In this document: positions 57,363 to 64,000 of the stretch, in pieces
Layout of the letters: every line of letters begins with the position of its first letter
Numbering within the stretch: the stretch's first letter is position 1
Source of the DNA: Deltaproteobacteria bacterium
GTDB lineage: Bacteria; Desulfobacterota; GWC2-55-46; JADFVP01
Reading direction: 5' to 3'
Assembly: GCA_029262515.1 (NCBI GenBank)
Contig: JAJCZH010000018.1
Coordinates: forward strand, 13,219-77,218
Length of the DNA: 64,000 nt
Program-made: the position numbers and the translations under genes
Notes under the pieces: model-generated
The model's input: only the letters and a program-made list of their open reading frames with translations
The model's database searches: none
What the model was told of the DNA's origin: nothing

Positions 57363-58145
57363 ATGTGTACAGTGTATAAAGGTGTTGCTGAATATTCAGT
57401 AACCATAGACGGTGTTGAGTTGAAAGAGCCTATTGAAAGGGAGCCAAATGTGTTCGGAATAGAGCATCCGTATATAGAGAAAGTGATACTGGAAGCAAGA
57501 AAGGATAAGCTTGTTTTAAAGTTTCATACAATTAATGCTGAGACTGCTGAAGAAGCCTATAATATTACAAAAGAATATGCAGAAAATATTTTCGGCAAAA
57601 TAGCTTATGTCTTAAACCTTTCTGTAGGACCTACTTCTTTTGACGGTGCTCCAATATCAGAAGAAGTTCATAAAAAAGATGGTACAAAATCGGTAAGAAT
57701 GATGGTAGGGGCAGTATCTGCAACATTTGGGGTGAGTGCAGTTTTAACGGTGATGCTTGGGCCAGATAAAATAGGTAAACTTTTAAATGAATTTCAAAAT
57801 GAAAGGCCTAAACGAGGCTATTATTGCAACTGTTATAGATTTGCTCTTGCAATAACAGATCCTGTTGCGCGCTTTATAATGCTTTACGGTATAATGCTTA
57901 TATTGATAAGGTGCAAGCAAGCGGATGTAGATGGTTTTATTCGTAGTATTGATACCAGTGTTACTGAAAGGGAAAGCCGAGCACCTTGGAAAAAATGTGT
58001 GATGGAAACTATTTACACCTCTCTTAGAAATGAAATTGGTCACCCTCCCAAAGACAAAAAGCCGGAGGAGACATTTAGTGAAATAGGAGTGGTCGTAGAT
58101 AGTCTTGCAGCGCTGGTTAGAAAGGCTATTCAGGACAAAACATAA
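57363..58145 (+). CDS. Hypothetical protein (260 aa) on a markedly AT-rich islet between ileS and uvrB
   Basis: Long ORF whose AT-richness contrasts with the flanks. One predicted hydrophobic helix (VGAVSATFGVSAVLTVML). No recognisable catalytic motif. Followed by the GGGTGGCTGTGCCCACC hairpin. Confidence 0.35.
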   Translation: MCTVYKGVAEYSVTIDGVELKEPIEREPNVFGIEHPYIEKVILEARKDKLVLKFHTINAETAEEAYNITKEYAENIFGKIAYVLNLSVGPTSFDGAPISEEVHKKDGTKSVRMMVGAVSATFGVSAVLTVMLGPDKIGKLLNEFQNERPKRGYYCNCYRFALAITDPVARFIMLYGIMLILIRCKQADVDGFIRSIDTSVTERESRAPWKKCVMETIYTSLRNEIGHPPKDKKPEETFSEIGVVVDSLAALVRKAIQDKT

Positions 58146-58440
58146 AGGTAGGTTGCCCCTTTTAGCCATGTTGGGTGGCTGTGCCCACCATCCCTCCTGT
58201 TCGTACAACCCACATTAACCCCGATTGACCCCAACACTCACGGCCTCAAATTTTTCCATCTGTTAATCAACAAGGACCCGTCTCTTTTTCTTTTGCCGTT
58301 ACTGTAACGGAGTTGTTGTTCTCTGTCTTAAAGAGCCCGCCCGCTATTTATCTATTTCCCTTTTCGTGTTATATTAAAAGATTGAACTCTTCCGTTCAAA
58401 GCGTGTGGCAGCATTAGGATTCGGAGAACCGGAGAAATCG

Positions 58441-60465
58441 ATGGCGAGAGTAAAAGCCGGGCCTGAGCAGATATTTGAGTTGGTAAGTCCGTTTACACCG
58501 GGCGGGGATCAGCCGCGCGCCATAGAGGGGCTCGTAGATTCTATCCGTTCCGGCAACCGGTTTCAGACGCTTTTAGGCGTTACGGGCTCGGGCAAGACAT
58601 TCACTGCCGCAAAGGTTATAGAAGAGCTTGGCCGCCCGGCGCTGATTATCGCGCCGAACAAGACGCTCGCAGCTCAGCTCTACGCCGAGATGAAGGAGCT
58701 CTTTCCGAATAACGCGGTTGAGTACTTCGTATCGTACTACGACTACTACCAGCCCGAAGCCTACATGCCGGCAACCGATACCTTTATAGAGAAGGACGCC
58801 TCTATAAATGACGAGATAGACAAACTCCGCCACTCTTGTACGCACTCCATACTTACCCGGCGCGACGTTATCGTCGTGGCTTCGGTCTCCTGCATCTACG
58901 GCATAGGCTCGCCTGAGGATTACGGCTCCATACATCTCTTTGTGGCGTGCGGCATGGAGGTCGAGCGTAACGCTGTGCTCAAGAAGCTGGTCGATATGCA
59001 GTACAGGCGCAATGACCACGACTTCCACCGCGGAACCTTCAGGGTGCGCGGCGATGTGGTCGATATCTTCCCGGTCTACGAGGCCGAGACCGCTGTAAGG
59101 CTCGAGTTTTTCGGCGACGAGATAGACTCTATATCCGAGATTGACCCTCTTCGCGGCACCCAGAGGAAGCGGATAGAACGCGCCCTGATCCACCCGGCCT
59201 CCCACTTCGTAACTACGCGGGATAAACTTACGCGCGCCATGGATTCTATACGCGACGAGTTGAGAGTGAGGCTTGTTGAGCTGAAGGAGGAGGGCAAGAA
59301 CCTCGAGTACCAGCGCCTCGAGCAGCGCACGCTCTACGATCTCGAGTTCATGGAAGAGATGGGTTACTGCTCCGGCATAGAGAATTACTCGCGCCATATT
59401 ACGGGCCGCGCTCCGGGTGAGCCGCCTTTTACGCTCGTCGATTACTTCCCCGACGATCTTCTTCTATTTATTGACGAGAGCCATATTGGCGTGCCGCAGT
59501 TAAACGGCATGTACAACGGCGACCGGTCCCGCAAGCAGACTCTGGTTAATTACGGTTTTCGGCTCCCTTCGGCGCTCGACAACAGACCGTTCAAGTTCGA
59601 AGAGTTCGAGACCCGTTTCCCATCCACGGTCTATGTCTCCGCAACTCCCGGCGACTACGAGGCGCGTGTCTCAAAGGGTAATGTTATGGAGCAGATAATC
59701 CGACCGACCGGCCTGATGGACCCGGAGATGGAGGTGCGTCCGGTAAACTCTCAGGTAGACGACCTGCTCGGCGAGATAAAAAAACGAGTGGCTCTCGGAG
59801 ATCGCGTGCTCGTAACCACTCTCACCAAGCGGATGGCGGAGGACCTTGCGCAGTATTATGCGGACATGGATATTAGGGTAAAGTACCTCCATTCCGATAT
59901 AGTAACGCTCGAACGCGTTGAGATAATAAGGGATCTGAGGCTCGGCAAGTTCGACGTACTTGTCGGGATCAACCTGTTGAGAGAGGGCCTCGACATACCT
60001 GAGGTATCGCTTGTCGCTGTCTTTGATGCCGATAAGGAGGGTTTTTTAAGAAGCGAGCGTTCCTTGATCCAGACCTGCGGCCGGGCTGCGAGAAATGTGA
60101 ACGGAAGGGTTATACTTTATGCCGATAAAGTGACCCGGTCTATGCGCCTCGCCATGAGCGAGACCGAGCGGAGAAGGGAGCTTCAGGCAGGGTTTAATAG
60201 AGAGAACGGCATAACGCCGGAGACGATAAAGAGCTCTATAAAAGATATACTCGCTTCGATCTACGAGACCGACTACTGCACGGTGGAGGCGATTGCCGCA
60301 GAAGAAGAAAGCGCGGGATATGTGCCGACACATGAGCTGCCGCGGCTTTTGAAGTCGCTGAGAAAAGAGATGGAGAGCGCTGTAAAGAAGCTCGATTTCG
60401 AGTCTGCCGCAGAGCTTCGAGACCGTATTAAAGAGCTTGAAGACCGCGAACTGGGGGTTGGTTAG
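58441..60465 (+). CDS. uvrB: Excinuclease ABC subunit B
   Basis: GDQPRAI N-terminal motif. Walker A GVTGSGKT. Helicase motifs. C-terminal UvrB/UvrC-interaction coil. GGAGAA RBS before ATG 58441. Confidence 0.9.
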   Translation: MARVKAGPEQIFELVSPFTPGGDQPRAIEGLVDSIRSGNRFQTLLGVTGSGKTFTAAKVIEELGRPALIIAPNKTLAAQLYAEMKELFPNNAVEYFVSYYDYYQPEAYMPATDTFIEKDASINDEIDKLRHSCTHSILTRRDVIVVASVSCIYGIGSPEDYGSIHLFVACGMEVERNAVLKKLVDMQYRRNDHDFHRGTFRVRGDVVDIFPVYEAETAVRLEFFGDEIDSISEIDPLRGTQRKRIERALIHPASHFVTTRDKLTRAMDSIRDELRVRLVELKEEGKNLEYQRLEQRTLYDLEFMEEMGYCSGIENYSRHITGRAPGEPPFTLVDYFPDDLLLFIDESHIGVPQLNGMYNGDRSRKQTLVNYGFRLPSALDNRPFKFEEFETRFPSTVYVSATPGDYEARVSKGNVMEQIIRPTGLMDPEMEVRPVNSQVDDLLGEIKKRVALGDRVLVTTLTKRMAEDLAQYYADMDIRVKYLHSDIVTLERVEIIRDLRLGKFDVLVGINLLREGLDIPEVSLVAVFDADKEGFLRSERSLIQTCGRAARNVNGRVILYADKVTRSMRLAMSETERRRELQAGFNRENGITPETIKSSIKDILASIYETDYCTVEAIAAEEESAGYVPTHELPRLLKSLRKEMESAVKKLDFESAAELRDRIKELEDRELGVG

Positions 60466-60753
60466 GTTGGCAAGTAAACTCGTAATACCGTTCTTTGATG
60501 AACCGGAGACCTGTTCGGTCAACATAAAAAAACTTTATCGAAAATCTCCGGACTATTTTAATCTTTTTTTGCGACAATTATCATAGAAATGTATGGGAAA
60601 GGCTCGGATAGAGTGTGGTAACAGCTAAACTTTTTTGGCCACGCGCCGATGTATAAGAAGGCAACGCCTGCTATGCCAGGTTCCTCATTGTTGCCTCTAT
60701 ATGCCGTTAAAGTAGTTTGGTCGCTGTTGTGCTGCTGTTTTTCCAGGGAGCGT

Positions 60754-61416
60754 ATGGATTACTATCCGGTTTTTCTAGATATAAAAGGTAAACGGTGTTG
60801 TGTGATAGGCGGCGGCAAGGTGGCCGAGCGCAAGGTCTTCTCTTTGCTCGAATCCGGCGCCTTTGTAACTGTTATAAGCCCCAAAATGACCGAAGGGTTA
60901 AAGGCCCTTAAGTATATTAACGGTTTTAAGAGCCTGAAGAGGAAGTATAAACGCGGAGATCTTGCAGATAGCGCTCTTGTGATATCCGCATCGAGTTCTA
61001 ACAGGGTAAATGCCGAGGTGAGCGCCGAGGCCGGTGAACTCGGCATACAGGTAAATATCGTAGACGATCCGGCAAAGTGCAGCTTTATTGTGCCGTCCGT
61101 GGTCGATCGCGATCCGCTTTTGATAGCCATTTCAACCTCGGGGGCTAGCCCGATGGTGGCAAGGAAACTTCGCAAGACTCTTGAGGAGGCAGTAGGACCT
61201 GAGTACGCGCTTTTCGTGCGGCTTGTGGGTACGGTAAGGAACAAGCTGTTGAAAGAGGGAGTAAAAAGTGCTAAGAAGGTGGCAGTCCTGTCCGACCTGA
61301 TAGATTCGCCTCTTCCCGACTGGATCGCTCTCGGGGCGAAAAGGGAGGCGAACGCCTATCTGCGCAAACTGCTCGGTCCGGGTTACACGCTTTTAAAGTT
61401 GGGCGTAAGGCTGTAG
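60754..61416 (+). CDS. Precorrin-2 dehydrogenase/sirohydrochlorin ferrochelatase (CysG N-terminal domain/SirC/Met8-like)
   Basis: MDYYPVFLDIKGKRCCVIGGGKVAERK Rossmann N-terminus. …VDDPAKCSFIVPSVVDRDPLLIAISTSGASPMVARKLR… collinear with CysG residues 1-150. The ORF-track start 60649 is probably too far upstream. Confidence 0.65.
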   Translation: MDYYPVFLDIKGKRCCVIGGGKVAERKVFSLLESGAFVTVISPKMTEGLKALKYINGFKSLKRKYKRGDLADSALVISASSSNRVNAEVSAEAGELGIQVNIVDDPAKCSFIVPSVVDRDPLLIAISTSGASPMVARKLRKTLEEAVGPEYALFVRLVGTVRNKLLKEGVKSAKKVAVLSDLIDSPLPDWIALGAKREANAYLRKLLGPGYTLLKLGVRL

Positions 61417-61511
61417 GGCCGACAGGTTTCGGAGCGGGGCTCTTTTTCCGGCAATACTTTTGTGGCAACATGTTCTGTTTTTAAGAATTTCAGTATTATA
61501 ACAAGGACGGC

Positions 61512-62336
61512 ATGAGCGAAATATTCTTCTACATAACCGCTGCACTCTACTTTGCGGCGACGGCTGTCTTTTTTGCGTACCTCTTTACCCATAAAGAGAA
61601 GTTTACGCTTTTAGGCCAGTATATCCTTATCGGTGGTTCCGTATTCCATGCGGCTACCATACTGTCGAGGTGGGTGGCAACCGGCCACACTCCGGTTACC
61701 ACAACGCACGGGTCCCTGATCTTCTTCTCATGGATACTGGTTGTTATCTGTCTTGTGGTGATGTTCAGGTATAGGCAGCGCGTTATTGGCGCCTTTGTAA
61801 CGCCCTTTGCGCTCGTGTTGCTGCTTATGGCCTCTTTTCTGCCGCGCGATATTATACCGCTCTCTCCCGTGCTTGAGAGTTACTGGCTGCCGGTACACGT
61901 TTCCATTGCCTTTCTCGGCAACGCCTTCTTTGCTCTCGCCTTCTTTCTCGGCGTAATGTACGTAATACAGCAGAGGTACCTGAAGAGCCGCAAGTTGAGC
62001 GGCATGTTCTACGTGCTGCCGTCGCTCGACCTGCTCGACGAACTCAACTACAGGTGCCTGCAGCTCGGTTTCACGCTCTTGACTCTCGCGATAATCACGG
62101 GCTCTATCTGGAGCGAGTACGCGCTGGCAGACTGGATGTCGGATAAGGTGCGGGTGCGCCAGATCTGGTCGTTTATAACGTGGATACTGTATGCGGCGCT
62201 GTTGCACGGCAGGTTGACGGCTGGCTGGAGAGGCAAGAAGGCGGCGCTGCTCTCTGGCGCGGCTTTCCTTATACTGATAGGGTCGTTCCTTATAATTAAC
62301 TTTGTGCTCGGCGGGGCCCACGGCCTTACAGGCTGA
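61512..62336 (+). CDS. HemX-like/CcsA-family (cytochrome c assembly protein family) polytopic membrane protein
   Basis: ~8 TM helices. Trp/His-containing periplasmic loop. Position directly upstream of hemA, as with hemX in hemAXCDBL-type operons. Confidence 0.5.
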   Translation: MSEIFFYITAALYFAATAVFFAYLFTHKEKFTLLGQYILIGGSVFHAATILSRWVATGHTPVTTTHGSLIFFSWILVVICLVVMFRYRQRVIGAFVTPFALVLLLMASFLPRDIIPLSPVLESYWLPVHVSIAFLGNAFFALAFFLGVMYVIQQRYLKSRKLSGMFYVLPSLDLLDELNYRCLQLGFTLLTLAIITGSIWSEYALADWMSDKVRVRQIWSFITWILYAALLHGRLTAGWRGKKAALLSGAAFLILIGSFLIINFVLGGAHGLTG

Positions 62337-62389
62337 TGCGCCTGCTTCGGGTTTTCTTTTAATTTGTACCAATTGTAGAGTTAACAGTT

Positions 62390-63697
62390 ATGAATCTTGT
62401 AATCATAGGCCTTAACCATAAGAGCGCTCCTGTAGAGATACGTGAAAAACTCTCCTTTCCGGCGCCGTCTATAGCGGAACCGCTCTCTCAGCTCGTAGAC
62501 AAGTACGAACTGAACGAGGCCGTGATCCTCTCAACGTGTAACAGGGTTGAGATACTGGCGATTACCGACGACATAGAGAGGGGAAGCTGGCAGATCAAGC
62601 GTTTCCTCTCGGACTTTCACTCCATACCGCTAGAGTCGCTCGAGGAGCACCTCTACGAGCATCTCGGTATCGACGGTGTTCGCCATCTTCTGAGGGTTAG
62701 CGCCGGGCTCGATTCCATGGTCATGGGCGAGCCGCAGATACTCGGGCAGGTTAAAGCCGCTTACGGTTACGCAGTTGAACATAATACGGCCGGGGTTATA
62801 GTCAACAAGCTCTACCACAAGGTCTTTCAGGTCTCCAAGCGGATCAGGACCGAGACCCGGATTGGAGAGAGTGCGGTATCTATCAGTTTTGCCGCCGTGG
62901 AGCTTGCGCGCAAGATCTTCGGCGACCTCGCTGGAAAGTCCGTTATGTTGATAGGGGCCGGAGAGATGGCAGAGCTTGCGGCCCGTCACCTGCTCAGCAA
63001 CGGCATACGCGAGATAATGGTCGCGAACAGGACTTATCAGAAGGCCGAGGAGATGGTCAAGTGCTTCGGCGGGCGGGCCATAGATTTTGCTACGTATCGC
63101 GAGCAGGTAAAAGACGCCGATATAGTCATAGCCTCAACAGGAGCCAGAAATTATATACTCGGCCCCGACGAGATCAAAACGGCCATGAAAGCCCGCAAGT
63201 ACCGCCCGATGTTCTTTATAGATATCTCTGTTCCTCGTAACATCGACCCTGCTTTAAACGATATCGACAATGTCTATCTCTACGATGTGGACGACCTTCA
63301 GGGCGTTGTGGCCTCGAACCTCAACGAGAGGGCGCAGGAGGCCGAGGAGGCCGAGAAGATTATAGAGGAGGAGATTGAAAAATTCTACCGCTGGATTAAC
63401 TCCCTGGATGTGGTGCCGACTATTATAGAGCTGAAGCAGTTCTGCGATTCCGTGCGCAAGGCCGAGCTTGCCAAGGCCACCGGAGTCCTCGGGGAGCTCT
63501 CCAAAAAAGAGCGCAAGGCGCTCGACGCTATGACCAAGTCGATAGTCAACAAGATAATCCACAACCCCGTGGTCCATCTCAAGAAGGATGCCAACAAGGT
63601 AGAGGGCGACAGGTATGTGGATACGGTAAGAACGCTCTTCGATCTCGACAGCATTAAAGAGGAGACGCAGAGCCGGGCCGGGGGCGACGACGAGTAG
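62390..63697 (+). CDS. hemA: Glutamyl-tRNA reductase
   Basis: MNLVIIGLNHKSAPVEIREK N-terminus. Catalytic LSTCNRVEI (Cys). NADPH-binding GAGEMAE. C-terminal dimerisation helix. Confidence 0.9.
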   Translation: MNLVIIGLNHKSAPVEIREKLSFPAPSIAEPLSQLVDKYELNEAVILSTCNRVEILAITDDIERGSWQIKRFLSDFHSIPLESLEEHLYEHLGIDGVRHLLRVSAGLDSMVMGEPQILGQVKAAYGYAVEHNTAGVIVNKLYHKVFQVSKRIRTETRIGESAVSISFAAVELARKIFGDLAGKSVMLIGAGEMAELAARHLLSNGIREIMVANRTYQKAEEMVKCFGGRAIDFATYREQVKDADIVIASTGARNYILGPDEIKTAMKARKYRPMFFIDISVPRNIDPALNDIDNVYLYDVDDLQGVVASNLNERAQEAEEAEKIIEEEIEKFYRWINSLDVVPTIIELKQFCDSVRKAELAKATGVLGELSKKERKALDAMTKSIVNKIIHNPVVHLKKDANKVEGDRYVDTVRTLFDLDSIKEETQSRAGGDDE

Positions 63698-63920
63698 TGC
63701 CGGGCAAATAGAAGGGCAACAGGTTGTTTTTTCCTTGCTCTTCTTTTCTGTCAAAGTATTTTGTGTTTAAATGAGCAGTACATGGTGTAATGATTGAGTG
63801 GCGTGATAACTGGGTATCGTGTACGAGCAACGAAAACCGCATAAGTGTGCATGATCTGTAAACGGGCCGATCTTAGACAGCAGGTAGTTTTCAGATAAAC
63901 GAAAGGTAAGAGAGTATCGA

Positions 63921-64000
63921 TGGCAAAGATAACTGTAGCGACGCGCGGAAGTATGCTTGCGCTCTGGCAGGCGAACTGGGTAAAGTCGGAGCTTGAGTCG
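63921..64000 (+). CDS. hemC: Hydroxymethylbilane synthase (porphobilinogen deaminase), 5' partial
   Basis: MAKITVATRGSMLALWQANWVKSELES matches the HemC N-terminus (…RIATRQSPLALWQA…). Runs off the window. Confidence 0.6.

Overview
This 64 kb window looks like a chromosomal segment from a Gram-negative, moderately GC-rich bacterium. The gene content resembles Deltaproteobacteria or Nitrospira-type organisms: a type II secretion system, multiple periplasmic c-type cytochromes, a PEP-CTERM protein, a precorrin-2 dehydrogenase next to hemA, and alphaproteobacterial/deltaproteobacterial-style AddAB. Housekeeping genes include ileS-lspA, dprA-topA, uvrB, hemA-hemC, typA/bipA, pepN, arfB, dtd, an ABC-F ATPase and addAB. 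Between them sit accessory modules. (i) A T2SS sub-operon gspJ-K-L-M-(C-like)-D. (ii) A three-gene, minus-strand membrane oxidoreductase module: a small TAT-signal protein, a TAT-exported four-cluster FeS protein, and an NrfD-like membrane protein fused to a tetraheme cytochrome c. It is transcribed divergently from a diheme cytochrome c, and a perfect 26-bp palindrome lies in the shared control region. (iii) A copper nitrite-reduction cluster: a two-domain multicopper oxidase, a diheme cytochrome c, a monoheme cytochrome c and NirK. (iv) Two short AT-rich islets (15216-15416 and 57363-58145), each followed by the same ~17-nt GGGTGGC..TGCCCACC hairpin. (v) Assorted proteins of unknown or little-studied function: a TIGR03545-like/DUF2062 pair, a pentapeptide-repeat protein, a zinc-ribbon protein with a His/Gly-rich tail, a DUF2249-NifU fusion, a K+ channel with a zinc ribbon, and an FKBP gene interrupted by an in-frame TAG. 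I found no rRNA, tRNA, CRISPR array, transposase or integrase. All calls rest on motif reading of the supplied translations. Start sites were refined by eye from RBS-like purine runs. The six-frame ORF track includes GTG/TTG starts.
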